Part shown: positions 53,006 to 62,517 of the stretch, in pieces | Numbering within the stretch: the stretch's first letter is position 1 | How the letters are laid out: each line of letters opens with the position of its first letter | From: an uncultured Gemmatimonadales bacterium | GTDB taxonomy: Bacteria > Gemmatimonadota > Gemmatimonadetes > Gemmatimonadales > GWC2-71-9 | Direction: 5' to 3' | DNA: 64,000 nucleotides | Assembly (NCBI GenBank): GCA_963828735.1 | Contig: CAWHFW010000002.1 | Coordinates: 256,001 to 320,000 of the forward strand | Notes under the pieces: generated by a model | Databases searched by the model: none | Told to the model about the DNA's origin: nothing | What the model saw: only the letters and a program-made list of their open reading frames with translations | Position numbers and translations under genes: made by a program

Positions 53006-55267
53006 ATGAACGCGACAACGCAGGAACGGCCGCCATATCTCTGGGCGCTGGCCACGTTCGCCGTGGTCCTTGCGATTTACCTCGTCACGCTCGCGCCGAC
53101 GACGGCCTTCTGGGACACGTCGGAGTACATCGCGGCCGCCAAGGTGCTGGGTATCCCCCACCCACCCGGTAATCCGCTCTTTGTCATCATGGCGCACACC
53201 TTCGGCCTGCTGCCGCTCGCGGGGTCGTACGCCGAGCGGATCAACCTGTTCGCCGCAACGACGAGCGCAGCGGCGGCGGGCCTGTGGTTCCTGGTGGCCG
53301 AGCGGTGGCTGCGCGGCATCGTGCCGGTGCGGTTGGCCCGCTACGCGGCCGCCTTCGGCGGTGTCCTGGTGAGCGCCACCTCGTGGACGGTATGGAACCA
53401 GAGCACCGTGAACGAGAAGGTCTATACCGTTTCCCTGCTCTCCATCGCGGTGGTCATGTGGCTGGTGGTGCACTGGGGAGACGACGAGCCGGGCCCCCAC
53501 CGCGACCGCTGGCTCGTGCTCATCGCCTACGTCCTCGCGCTCACCTCGACCAACCATTTGATGGGGTTTCTGGCGCTGCCTGCCCTGCTGGTTTACGTCG
53601 TCTGGACCGACTGGCGGACGCTCTCGCGGCCCTGGGCGATCGTGACCTTCTACGCCCTGCTGCTGGCCGTGAGCGGAAAGTGGATCGCGATGCTGCAGCC
53701 GGGGAGCGCCGAGGGCGGAATCATTCTGGTCGTGAGCCTGGCCGTGGCCGGGTACGCGCTCTGGCGCTCGCCCAGGGATCCGCTGGTCTACCTGGGATTG
53801 CTCGCGGTCGTCGTCGGCGTCTCGCTCAACTATGTGTGGCTGCCGATGCGAGCGGGGCAGTACCCGCCCATCAACGAGGGAGAGCCGATCGGCTTCTTCA
53901 GTCAGGCGCTCCGGGACGTGCTGAACCGCGTGCAGTACGGCAAGCCGGGGCTCACGGAGCGGCAGGCGACCTTCAGCGGCCAGCTCGGCAACTTCTGGCA
54001 GTATTTCACCTGGCAGTTCGCGCGTGACTGGGGCCGGCTTTCGGGCGTCGCGACAGCCGTCTTCGCGGTCCTTGGCCTGAGTGGGCTCGCGGCGCTCTGG
54101 AAGTCGGACCGGCGCGCCGGCATTGCGGGCATCGCCCTGCTCAGCACGCTGTCGGTAGGTCTCGTGTACTACATGAACTTCAAGTACGGGTTCTCGCAGT
54201 ACGCCGACCAGGCGAACATCCCCCGCGAGGTCCGCGAGCGGGACTACTTCTTCGTCGGCTCCTTCGCCGTGTTCGGGGCGTTCATCGCCTGCGGTATCGG
54301 CGCGCTGATGCAGAGCATCGTGGACGGACTGCGCGACCGCGGCTCGGTCAAGGCCCGGTGGGCGGTCGCGACCCCGGTGCTGGGCCTGGCGCTGATCCCG
54401 CTGTTCGGCAACCACGCCACCGCGAGCCGCGCCCACGAGACGATGGCTCGCGACTTCGCCTACGACATGCTGAACAGCGTCGAACCCTACGGCGTGCTCA
54501 TTACCGCCGGCGACAACGACACCTTCCCCCTCTGGTACGCGCAGGAGGTCGAAGGCATCCGTCCCGACGTGACGCTCGCCAACCTGTCGCTCATGAACAC
54601 CGAGTGGCACCTGCGCCAGCTCGCCCGGCGGCAGACGCCGGCCTTCGATCCGTCGCGGGCTGATCCGGTGTGGCGCGGCGTCCCCGTGCCCGCTCGCCCC
54701 ACGACCCCCGCGCTCAAGCTCGGCGTGGCCGAGGTGGACAGCCTGCCGGAGGCCATGCAGGTCCCGAACAAGGGCGGCGTGTCGCTCGACAGCATCCAGG
54801 TGCGTTTCGGCCAGGACGTGCTGCTACGCCAGGACCTCGCCACGATCTTCCTCATCCGCGACAACATGGGTGTGCGGCCGCTGTACTTCAGCTGGAGCGA
54901 CGGGGGATATCCCGACCAGACCTTGGGCCTCAGCCCCTATCTGGTGTCCGAGGGCTTCGTGCGAAAGCTCATGCCCACCGCGGTCCAGCCGAACGACTCG
55001 ATTTCGCTCAGCCAGGGACTGGGATACCTGAACCTCCGGCGCACCTCGAGCTTGCTCTGGGACGTGTACCACTGGAAGACCGCGACTCGCGCCCGCCCGT
55101 TCGGTTGGGTGGATCCGCCTTCGGGATCGATCCTGCAGCTCTACGCGGTGGTCTACGGCGGGGTCGCGCGCTCGTACGAGCCGGCGGGTGACACGGTAAA
55201 GGCGGCCAGGGCGGACTCCATTGCGCGCGAAGTCAACCGCGAGCTGGGCGGTCGCGCGCTGTTCTAA
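53006..55267 (+). CDS. DUF2723 GT-C-type membrane glycosyltransferase-like protein
   Basis: FWDTSEY, GIPHPPGNPLF, EVRERDYFF, GDNDTFPLWY.QEVEG.RPDV. Confidence 0.87.
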   Translation: MNATTQERPPYLWALATFAVVLAIYLVTLAPTTAFWDTSEYIAAAKVLGIPHPPGNPLFVIMAHTFGLLPLAGSYAERINLFAATTSAAAAGLWFLVAERWLRGIVPVRLARYAAAFGGVLVSATSWTVWNQSTVNEKVYTVSLLSIAVVMWLVVHWGDDEPGPHRDRWLVLIAYVLALTSTNHLMGFLALPALLVYVVWTDWRTLSRPWAIVTFYALLLAVSGKWIAMLQPGSAEGGIILVVSLAVAGYALWRSPRDPLVYLGLLAVVVGVSLNYVWLPMRAGQYPPINEGEPIGFFSQALRDVLNRVQYGKPGLTERQATFSGQLGNFWQYFTWQFARDWGRLSGVATAVFAVLGLSGLAALWKSDRRAGIAGIALLSTLSVGLVYYMNFKYGFSQYADQANIPREVRERDYFFVGSFAVFGAFIACGIGALMQSIVDGLRDRGSVKARWAVATPVLGLALIPLFGNHATASRAHETMARDFAYDMLNSVEPYGVLITAGDNDTFPLWYAQEVEGIRPDVTLANLSLMNTEWHLRQLARRQTPAFDPSRADPVWRGVPVPARPTTPALKLGVAEVDSLPEAMQVPNKGGVSLDSIQVRFGQDVLLRQDLATIFLIRDNMGVRPLYFSWSDGGYPDQTLGLSPYLVSEGFVRKLMPTAVQPNDSISLSQGLGYLNLRRTSSLLWDVYHWKTATRARPFGWVDPPSGSILQLYAVVYGGVARSYEPAGDTVKAARADSIAREVNRELGGRALF

Positions 55268-55379
55268 GCTGAGTCAGCCGTCGCCCGTTCCCGACCATGG
55301 CCTCCGCTTCGGCTGACCCGAGACCCGGGGCAGGCAAAACGGGACGGTGGCTGTCGGGGCCGCAGTTCCGGGACTGACC

Positions 55380-55407
55380 TTGACGCATCAACTTTTGTTG
55401 ATATTAT
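55380..55407 (+). promoter_or_regulatory. arsR promoter with overlapping ArsR operator
   Basis: TTGACG (55380-85), TATTAT (55402-07); ATCAAC-TTTT-GTTGAT at 55387-55402. Confidence 0.75.
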
Positions 55408-55413
55408 TCCAGC

Positions 55414-55737
55414 ATGACCGCTCGCCTCGACCCCGACGCCGTGCGTGCCGTGCAGCTCTTCCACGCGCTCTCCGACCCGACGCGTCTCTCCGTCCTTCGG
55501 CGGCTTCGGTTCGGCGAGCAGTGCGTCTGCAACCTCACCGATGCGCTGGACGCGGCCCAGTCACGGCTTTCGTTCCATCTCAAGGTCCTGAAGGACGCCG
55601 GGCTCGTCGCCGATCGCCGCGAGGGACGCTGGATGTACTACACGCTGAATCCCGACGTCCTGGCCGAGATCGCGGACGCGGTCGAACTGCTGAGCTCGAC
55701 ACCGACGGCGGCGGAGCGACGTGCCGCCTGTTGTTGA
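55414..55737 (+). CDS. arsR: ArsR/SmtB arsenic-responsive repressor
   Basis: FHALSDPTRL, EQCVCNL, LSFHLKVLKDAGLV, C-terminal CC. Confidence 0.93.
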   Translation: MTARLDPDAVRAVQLFHALSDPTRLSVLRRLRFGEQCVCNLTDALDAAQSRLSFHLKVLKDAGLVADRREGRWMYYTLNPDVLAEIADAVELLSSTPTAAERRAACC

Positions 55738-55740
55738 GCC

Positions 55741-55778
55741 TCAACTTTTTTTGACAAATGCATCAACCATTCTTGATG
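55741..55778. promoter_or_regulatory. Additional ArsR operator boxes upstream of arsM
   Basis: TCAA-N6-TTGA (55741-54) and CATCAA-N6-TTGATG (55761-78); TTGACA at 55751. Confidence 0.7.
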
Positions 55779-55786
55779 AGGCACAG

Positions 55787-56614
55787 ATGAGCACAGAGGA
55801 TATCAGGACCACGGTCCGCGATCGCTATGGCAAGGCTGCCCTCGAGGTCGCGTCCGGAGCGAAGGCCGGGTGCTGCGGCGGGTCATGCGGGTCCTCGGGC
55901 GAGAATCCGATTACGTCCAATCTCTATTCCGAGGCTGAAACGGCCGTTCTCCCCGTCGAAGCGGTGCTCGCGTCCCTCGGCTGCGGGAATCCGACGGCTC
56001 TGGCCGACCTCCACGAGGGCAATGTAGTCCTGGACCTCGGCTCCGGCGGTGGGATCGACGTGCTGCTGTCGGCGCGCCGGGTTGGGCCCACGGGCAAGGC
56101 CTACGGACTGGACATGACGGACGAGATGCTCGCACTGGCTCGCGGGAATCAGCGGAAGGCAGGTGTCGAGAACGCGGAGTTTCTCAAGGGCGACATCGAA
56201 TCGATCCCCCTCCCCGATGCCTCCGTTGACGTCATCATTTCGAACTGTGTGGTCAATCTTTCGGCCGACAAGCGTAAGGTCATCACCGAAGCGTTTCGGG
56301 TGCTCAAGCCGGGCGGTCGGTTCGCGGTGTCCGACGTTGTGGTCAGAGGGGAGATGCCCGCCCTGGTCCGCACAAGCATGGAGCTGTGGGTCGGATGCGT
56401 CGCAGGTGCGCTGACCGAGGACGAGTTCCGGTCATTGCTCGAGGAAAGCGGCTTCACGGACATCGGCATCGAGCCGACGCGGATCTACGAGGTCGAGGAC
56501 GCGAGGGCGCTTCTCGAGGGCACCGGGTTCGAGACCGAAGTGCTCGCCCGCGAAGTGGGCGGCTGCGTCATGGGTGCGTTCATCCGCGCCCGGAAGCCCG
56601 CGCCGGCCGCGTGA
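55787..56614 (+). CDS. arsM: Arsenite S-adenosylmethionine methyltransferase
   Basis: [32 protein letters not shown]. Confidence 0.95.
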   Translation: MSTEDIRTTVRDRYGKAALEVASGAKAGCCGGSCGSSGENPITSNLYSEAETAVLPVEAVLASLGCGNPTALADLHEGNVVLDLGSGGGIDVLLSARRVGPTGKAYGLDMTDEMLALARGNQRKAGVENAEFLKGDIESIPLPDASVDVIISNCVVNLSADKRKVITEAFRVLKPGGRFAVSDVVVRGEMPALVRTSMELWVGCVAGALTEDEFRSLLEESGFTDIGIEPTRIYEVEDARALLEGTGFETEVLAREVGGCVMGAFIRARKPAPAA

Positions 56615-57078
56615 TGGGCACCGATCGGAGCGGGACCGGCGCGACCGTGCGCCCGGCCACGAGTGATGATTACGAGGCTGTCGCGGGGCTGCTCCGCGCC
56701 GCTCAGCTGCCGCTCGACGGCGTGCCCCGCATGCTCACCGACTTCTACGTTGCGGAAACCCGGGGCCGGGTGCTGGGCGCAATCGGCCTCGAGGTCTACG
56801 GCTCCGACGGCCTTCTCCGATCGGTGGTCGTCGAGGCGGCGGCGAGGAGCGCCGGCATCGGCGTCGCCCTGGTCGACTACGTCCTGGGCCAAGCCCGCCT
56901 CCGCGAGCTGAGAGCCGTCTACCTGCTCACGACCACGGCTGAGCGCTACTTCCCGCGCTTTGGCTTCGGCGCGATCGCGCGCGACGACGTGCCCCATCAC
57001 GTGAGCGCGTCCGTCGAGTTCCGCGAGGCCTGTCCCGCATCGGCGGTGGTGATGCGCAAGGTCCTGGCCCGGGAATAG
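56614..57078 (+). CDS. arsN2: ArsN2-type GNAT N-acetyltransferase
   Basis: GLLRSVVV, YLLTTTAERYF, SVEF..ACPASA.VM. Confidence 0.85.
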   Translation: MGTDRSGTGATVRPATSDDYEAVAGLLRAAQLPLDGVPRMLTDFYVAETRGRVLGAIGLEVYGSDGLLRSVVVEAAARSAGIGVALVDYVLGQARLRELRAVYLLTTTAERYFPRFGFGAIARDDVPHHVSASVEFREACPASAVVMRKVLARE

Positions 57079-57103
57079 TCGCCCGCTCCCACCGGAGGGA
57101 GTT

Positions 57104-57595
57104 GTGCAGCCTCAGGACAAGGCGTACCGCGTGCTGTTCCTGTGTACGGGAAACTCTGCGCGCAGCCAGATGGCGGAGGCTGTCCTCAATCGGAAGGGAT
57201 TGGGGCGCTTCCGCGCCGAGAGCGCCGGCTCGAGCCCTGCGCCGCGGGTGAATCCCCACGCGATCCAGGCGCTCCGCGAGAGCGGTGTCGAATGGGCTGG
57301 CCACCCGCCGCGCGGACTCGCCGGCCTCGACCGCGAGCACTGGGATTTCGTGATCACTGTGTGCGATCGGGCCAAGGAGGCATGCCCGATCTTTCCTGGT
57401 CAGCCGGTGCTGGCGCATTGGGGCGTGTCCGACCCGGCGGACGTGAGAGGCGACGAAGCCACGAAACGAGCGGCATTCATCGACGCGCTCACGATAATCA
57501 GTCGGCGGATTGACCTGTTGCTCGCGCTCCCGGTCGAAAAGCTGGACCGCCTCATCGTGGAAGCGAAGGTCCGGGCCATCGGAATGTCGGAATAG
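57104..57595 (+). CDS. arsC: Arsenate reductase (LMW-PTP fold)
   Basis: FLCTGNSARSQMAE, ITVCD, EACP, HWG..DP. Confidence 0.92.
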   Translation: MQPQDKAYRVLFLCTGNSARSQMAEAVLNRKGLGRFRAESAGSSPAPRVNPHAIQALRESGVEWAGHPPRGLAGLDREHWDFVITVCDRAKEACPIFPGQPVLAHWGVSDPADVRGDEATKRAAFIDALTIISRRIDLLLALPVEKLDRLIVEAKVRAIGMSE

Positions 57596-57696
57596 GCGTC
57601 GTGTAGCAAATCAGCGAACGACTCATCGGCGTGCCTGGTGTGCTTGCTGGGCATCGCCGTGGGGTCGGGGGGCGATTCGTGGTAGGGTGGCCGGCG

Positions 57697-59616
57697 CTAC
57701 TTCCCGAGGCCACGATCCTGGATCGTCGGCGACAGGCGGCCGTCGCCGGCGGGGGCACGCTGGTCGGCCGCGAGCGGCAGGGAGACGACGAACGTGACCC
57801 CGCGCTCCGGGTTGTTCGTCGCCCATATGTGACCGCCGTGGGCTGTCAGGATCGAGCGACAGATCGCGAGTCCGAGCCCCAGCCCGTCGCGCTTCGTCGT
57901 CACGAACGGCTCGAAGACCCTCGCCAGCGCGTCCGGGGCGATGCCGCTGCCCCGATCGCGGACCTCGATGCGCGCGTCACCGTGCGTCGCGGTGGAGACG
58001 ACCAGCAGCCGCTCGCCGGGAGGCGTCACGCTCATCGCATCGCACGCGTTCATCACCAGGTTCAAGACCACCTGCTGCAACTGTACCCGGTCCGCGAGAA
58101 CCAAGGGCACGGGCTCGCACAAGCGGGTGCTGACGACCACGCCGCGATGCTGCAGATCGGTGCGCAACAATTCGAGCACCTGGTTGACGACGTCGTTCAC
58201 GGACAGGAGCTGTAGCTCGGTCCCGGTCTTCTTGACGAGGCTGCGCAGGTGGTCGATCACCTCCCCCGCGCGCCGGTCGTCCGCCGCGATGTCCTCGAGT
58301 ATCTCGCGCAACTCGGCCGTTGCGGCGCCGTCGGCTTTCAGCAGGTGCTGCGCGGCGCGCGCGTTCGTGAGGATCGCGGTGAGTGGCTGCTTCATCTCAT
58401 GCGCCAGCGTGGCCGACAGCTCGCCCAGTAGCGCGACGCGTCCCAGGTGGGCGAGCTCGAGGCGTTGCTCCGCCGCCCGCGCCTCGCTCTCCCCGAGCGC
58501 GGCCTGCGTCCGGCGCCGCGCGCGACGCTCGACCAGGAGCCAGAGGATCAGCGCCGATTGGAGCAGGAGCACGCCGAGGGTTGCCAGGACGGTAGTCCGG
58601 TAGCGCTCCCAGGGCGAGATGTCCCGGTACCGAACCACGGCACCGGCGGGCAGCCGGCGCTCGTCGATGCCCCAGCGTCTCAGCTCCCGCCAGTCGAACA
58701 TGTCGACGCTCGCCGGCAGCTCCACTGGCGGGACCGCCGAGGCCGGGGTGCCGGCGAGGAGCCGCAGCGCGAGGCGCGCCGCCGCCTCCCCATGGGCATC
58801 GAGGCTGTACAGGTGCCCTCCGACGATGCCGCGACCCAGATACTGGTCGAGAAATGCGTAGACCGGCGCGTTGGCCGTGCGCGCGATCTGCTCGACAACC
58901 TCGTGCGGGACGAATGGCCTGCCGGTGCCGTCGGCGAACATCGTGGAGTACAGCACGACCGTCCGCGGCGGAAGGTGCGCGAGCGTGTCCAGGAGATCGG
59001 GCCACGGCAGCCCGACCAGGTACTTGATCGGGGCCTGGCGCGGAACCGCCCGAAACTCCGCTTTTGCTTGATCGACGAGCCTGTGGTCGAAGTCCGAGCT
59101 TCCCGCGACGACCACCACGTCCTGGGTGCCGGGATGCAGTCTGAGCGCCAGCTCGAGCGTCGGCGCGAACTCGCGCTTGAGGAGCACGCCGGTGACGTTG
59201 GCAGGGAGCCGTCGGGCGCCGAGATCTCGCCTGTCGATCCCGCAGAAGACGACCGACGCACCGGGATATACCTCGGAGCCGTAGGCAAGCATAAAGTCGA
59301 GCGCCGGCCCCAACGCGGCGATGACGACGTCGATCCGCTTGTCCGCGTACTTCTCGCGAAGGTAGTCCTTGAGGAGGAGCGGGTAGCCGTCCGACTGAAA
59401 CCGGGAAAGGTCCATCGCCTCGCGATACACCTCGACTCCCGGAACTCCCGCCCTCAACGTCCGAACCAGACGCGCGTCGAGAATGGCCAGCCCTGGCAGC
59501 TCGGTACGCTCGTCGTACAGCAGCACGACGCGGCGCACCTGCGCCGCCGCGGGCGCGGGGAGGATCACGAACAACAGCAGCAGGCACGCGAGGCCCCGGT
59601 GGAAGGAGCAGCTCAT
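57697..59616 (-). CDS. Sensor histidine kinase with periplasmic-binding-protein-like sensor domain
   Basis: Signal peptide; DWRELRRWGI; TM; LAHEMKQPL, NACDAM, FVTTK, GLGLGL. Confidence 0.9.
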   Translation of the reverse strand: MSCSFHRGLACLLLLFVILPAPAAAQVRRVVLLYDERTELPGLAILDARLVRTLRAGVPGVEVYREAMDLSRFQSDGYPLLLKDYLREKYADKRIDVVIAALGPALDFMLAYGSEVYPGASVVFCGIDRRDLGARRLPANVTGVLLKREFAPTLELALRLHPGTQDVVVVAGSSDFDHRLVDQAKAEFRAVPRQAPIKYLVGLPWPDLLDTLAHLPPRTVVLYSTMFADGTGRPFVPHEVVEQIARTANAPVYAFLDQYLGRGIVGGHLYSLDAHGEAAARLALRLLAGTPASAVPPVELPASVDMFDWRELRRWGIDERRLPAGAVVRYRDISPWERYRTTVLATLGVLLLQSALILWLLVERRARRRTQAALGESEARAAEQRLELAHLGRVALLGELSATLAHEMKQPLTAILTNARAAQHLLKADGAATAELREILEDIAADDRRAGEVIDHLRSLVKKTGTELQLLSVNDVVNQVLELLRTDLQHRGVVVSTRLCEPVPLVLADRVQLQQVVLNLVMNACDAMSVTPPGERLLVVSTATHGDARIEVRDRGSGIAPDALARVFEPFVTTKRDGLGLGLAICRSILTAHGGHIWATNNPERGVTFVVSLPLAADQRAPAGDGRLSPTIQDRGLGK

Positions 59617-59940
59617 GAGCTCAACCTACGCATCGACCAACTCGCCGCCGCCCTTCTCGTTGTCCTCTCTACGCACGGCAAAGAGCCCGGGAAACTTTCC
59701 CGGCAAAGTATGATCTCCTGGGGGCAACCTGCCAAGACGGCTCGCAGAACTGCCGCGGCACCAACGGATAAGAGTGGAAGTGTGCCGCGGAGCCTGGGTA
59801 AGGAAGAATGGGCAAAGGACCGTCAGCATTCAGGCTTGGTCGCCGAAAAGTTGAAGGCAGCGGTTCAGGTCCGCAGAAGTCCGCTGGGTTCGAGCGCATT
59901 GCTTGCGGAAGGCATTCATCCCCATCAACTTACACGCTCA

Positions 59941-60027
59941 GGCGTGGTGGCCGAGTGGTTTAAGGCAGCGGTCTTGAAAACCGCCAAGGGGGAAACTCCT
60001 TCGTGAGTTCGAATCTCACCCACGCCG
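59941..60027 (+). tRNA. tRNA-Ser (TGA)
   Basis: GGCGTGG...GCGGT-CTTGAAA-ACCGC, long variable arm, GTTCGAATC, CCACGCCG. Confidence 0.95.
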
Positions 60028-60056
60028 CTGATTTCACAGCCTCGGAGTATTCTACG

Positions 60057-60479
60057 ATGTCCACCACCCTCGGATCGACGCGTTCCCCCGCCCTCGGATC
60101 CTTCGGCCCGACCGCCCATGCCGCACTCCGGATCGGCGCCGGGCTTCTGTTCATGCAGCACGGCCTTCAGAAACTGTTTGGGTTCTTTGGTGGAGTGGGG
60201 CCGAACGGTGCAACCGTTCACCTTCTTTCACAGTTCGGCCTGGCGGGGGTGCTGGAGACCTTCGGAGGGCTGCTGATGGTGCTTGGACTGTTCGCGCGTC
60301 CGGTGGCGCTGGTGCTGGCGCTCGAGATGCTGGTGGCGTTCTTCCAGTTTCACTTTCCGCAGGGTGGGGCACCAATCCAGAACCGAGGCGAATTGCCTCT
60401 GCTCTTCATGTTCACTTGGCTCTTTTTCGCGGGGAATGGGGCGGGACTTGCCAGCCTCGACCGGCGCCGCGCACGCTAA
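60057..60479 (+). CDS. DoxX-family membrane protein
   Basis: LRIGAGLLFMQHGLQKLFG, ETFGGLL..LGLF.R, G.G..SLD. Confidence 0.9.
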   Translation: MSTTLGSTRSPALGSFGPTAHAALRIGAGLLFMQHGLQKLFGFFGGVGPNGATVHLLSQFGLAGVLETFGGLLMVLGLFARPVALVLALEMLVAFFQFHFPQGGAPIQNRGELPLLFMFTWLFFAGNGAGLASLDRRRAR

Positions 60480-60563
60480 GCTACGCTCAGCGCCAAACTC
60501 GGGCCCCCACCCACGCCCACTTCGCGCCTCGGCCACCGCCGCAGGCTCCCGCGTGACCCTGGC

Positions 60564-62516
60564 TCAACCGGCCCGCTCCAGGACTACGTGTGAACGCTTC
60601 TCGGCGATCTCGGCCTCGAGGTCCATCGTCGACCGGCCGCACACGTAGCGCCTATACCAGACCTCCGCGCTCAGCAGGAGCCAGATCCGGCTCCCGTGGT
60701 CCCGGCGACGGGCTAGATGTTCCTCTACCAGCTGACGAACCGTCCCACCTTCGAGGTACCCGTCGCGCACGAGATCGCTATTAAGGAGCAGTGTTGGAGC
60801 CAGCGAGCGGACCTCGTCTTCCATGATGTACATGAGCGGGGACGCGAAGCCCTGCTTCTGGCGCTCCAGCACCTCGCGCGGCAGATAGCGCTCACCGAGC
60901 CGGCGCTCGAGGTGCCGCAGGTGTCTCGGCCCGCGCACCTTGAGCTTGACGGGAACCCGCGCCATGAACTCCGCAAAGCGCGGATCCAGGAACGGCGAGC
61001 GCGATTCGAGGCTGTAGGCCATGGTCGCGCGGTCCAGGATCATGAGCGACTGGCCGGGCAGACGAGACATCACGTCCACGTACATCATCCGGTCCACCGG
61101 CTCGGTGGCGTTCGGCGTGTTGTACAGGTCGAGGACGCACGCCTCCGGTCGCCGCCCACTGAGGCGGGCGCGGAAGCCAGGCGTATACAGCTCGGCGCGG
61201 TGGGCCTCGTTGAACCAGAAGTACTGCATGCTGGCGGCGTAGCGCTCGCCGCCCGTCTTCCGGGCCATCTGATCCACCCACCGGAGCTTGTGCGTGAAGC
61301 TCTTGAAGGTGAACTGGTCGGGCAGGCGGTGCAGCACGTGGTTGGTGACCAGGTTGCGGACGGCCTCCGGCACCATCCGGTAGGCATCGAGCCAGCGATC
61401 GGCCGCGTAGCGGTCGTAGCCGCCGAACAACTCGTCGCCGCCGTCGCCGCCCAGGACGACCTTCACCTCGCGCGCGGTCATGCGGGCGAGGTGGAGAAGG
61501 CAGATCGAGAGCGGATCCGCGGGCTCGTCGAGCGCGGAGATCAGTCTTGGCAGGTCGTTCCCGACCGTCGGCATTACCTCCTCGGCGAAGTGCCGGCTGC
61601 CGTATCGACGAGCCACGGTGGCCGCGGCGGGGAGCTCGTTCAGGTCCCGATAGGGAATGCCCATCGAGAAGGTGCGAAGCTCCGGGCCGAGGACCTTGGC
61701 GGCGTAGGAGACGATCAGGGTCGAGTCGAGCCCGCCGCTCAGGAACGCCCCCACCGGCACGTCCCCTGTCAGGTGCAGCCGCACGGTTTCGGAGAGCAGC
61801 TCGTCGATCCGCTCCAGGGTCTCGGCCTCGGAGAACGTCCATTTGGGGCCGTATTCCAGATCCCAGTACCGCTCGGTGTGGGCGACCCCGTTCTCCCAGA
61901 TGAGGAAGTGCGCCGGGGGCAGCGCGCGAACCCCTTCGAAGAACGTGTCGGGCGCTTGGACGAACCGGAGGGTGAGGTACTGGTCGAGCGCGACGGGAGA
62001 CAGCGCGCTCAGCGTGGGATCGCTCGCGAGGAGCGCCTTGATCTCAGAGGCGAACGTCAGCCGTCCGCCGCGCTCGGTGTAGAACAGCGGCTTCTGACCG
62101 AAGTGGTCGCGGGCGACGAACAGCCGGCGCCGGCGACGATCCCAGATGGCGAAGGCGAACATGCCCCGGAGCCGTTGCAGCATCCGCTCGCCATGGTCCT
62201 CGTACAGGTGAACCAGGACCTCGGTGTCGGTCCGCGTGCGGAATCGATGTCCGCGTGCGATCAGGTCCTTCCGCAGCTCCTCGTGGTTGTAGATCTCGCC
62301 GTTGAACACGACCTGCAGGTCCCCGTCCTCGTTCGCGATCGGCTGGTGCCCGCCGGCGAGGTCGATAATGCTCAGGCGTCGTATGCCGAGGCCAACGCCG
62401 TCCTCGACGAAGGTGCCCCAGTCGTCGGGCCCCCGGTGCCGGATGGCGTCGCACATCCGCCAGATCTCCTCCTCCAAGACTGGCCGCGCGCCGGCGATGC
62501 CTACGATTCCACACAT
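60564..62516 (-). CDS. asnB: Asparagine synthase (glutamine-hydrolysing)-family amidotransferase
   Basis: MCGIVG, HRGPD, RRLSIIDL, FNGEIYN, LSGGLDS, GDGGDELFGGY. Confidence 0.94.
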   Translation of the reverse strand: MCGIVGIAGARPVLEEEIWRMCDAIRHRGPDDWGTFVEDGVGLGIRRLSIIDLAGGHQPIANEDGDLQVVFNGEIYNHEELRKDLIARGHRFRTRTDTEVLVHLYEDHGERMLQRLRGMFAFAIWDRRRRRLFVARDHFGQKPLFYTERGGRLTFASEIKALLASDPTLSALSPVALDQYLTLRFVQAPDTFFEGVRALPPAHFLIWENGVAHTERYWDLEYGPKWTFSEAETLERIDELLSETVRLHLTGDVPVGAFLSGGLDSTLIVSYAAKVLGPELRTFSMGIPYRDLNELPAAATVARRYGSRHFAEEVMPTVGNDLPRLISALDEPADPLSICLLHLARMTAREVKVVLGGDGGDELFGGYDRYAADRWLDAYRMVPEAVRNLVTNHVLHRLPDQFTFKSFTHKLRWVDQMARKTGGERYAASMQYFWFNEAHRAELYTPGFRARLSGRRPEACVLDLYNTPNATEPVDRMMYVDVMSRLPGQSLMILDRATMAYSLESRSPFLDPRFAEFMARVPVKLKVRGPRHLRHLERRLGERYLPREVLERQKQGFASPLMYIMEDEVRSLAPTLLLNSDLVRDGYLEGGTVRQLVEEHLARRRDHGSRIWLLLSAEVWYRRYVCGRSTMDLEAEIAEKRSHVVLERAG

Positions 62517-62517
62517 T

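Noticed and set aside
55729..55760. Selenocysteine read-through at arsR TGT-TGT-TGA, given selA in the window
   Set aside because: C-terminal CC is a normal ArsR ending; downstream sequence is explained by operator boxes and shows no convincing SECIS.
59670..59760. c-di-GMP-I-like words GGCAAAG...GCAAAG...CTGCC on the plus strand
   Set aside because: P2/P3 stems do not form convincingly and the downstream gene is a tRNA; a palindromic protein site fits better.
55270..60027. ars operon and kinase as an island integrated at tRNA-Ser
   Set aside because: They lie 5' of the tRNA; no duplicated tRNA fragment or integrase found.
60564..62516. asnB-like gene as a lasso-peptide cyclase
   Set aside because: Full Ntn glutaminase domain with Cys2, no precursor or B proteins; epimerase and methyltransferase neighbours point to glycan amidation.
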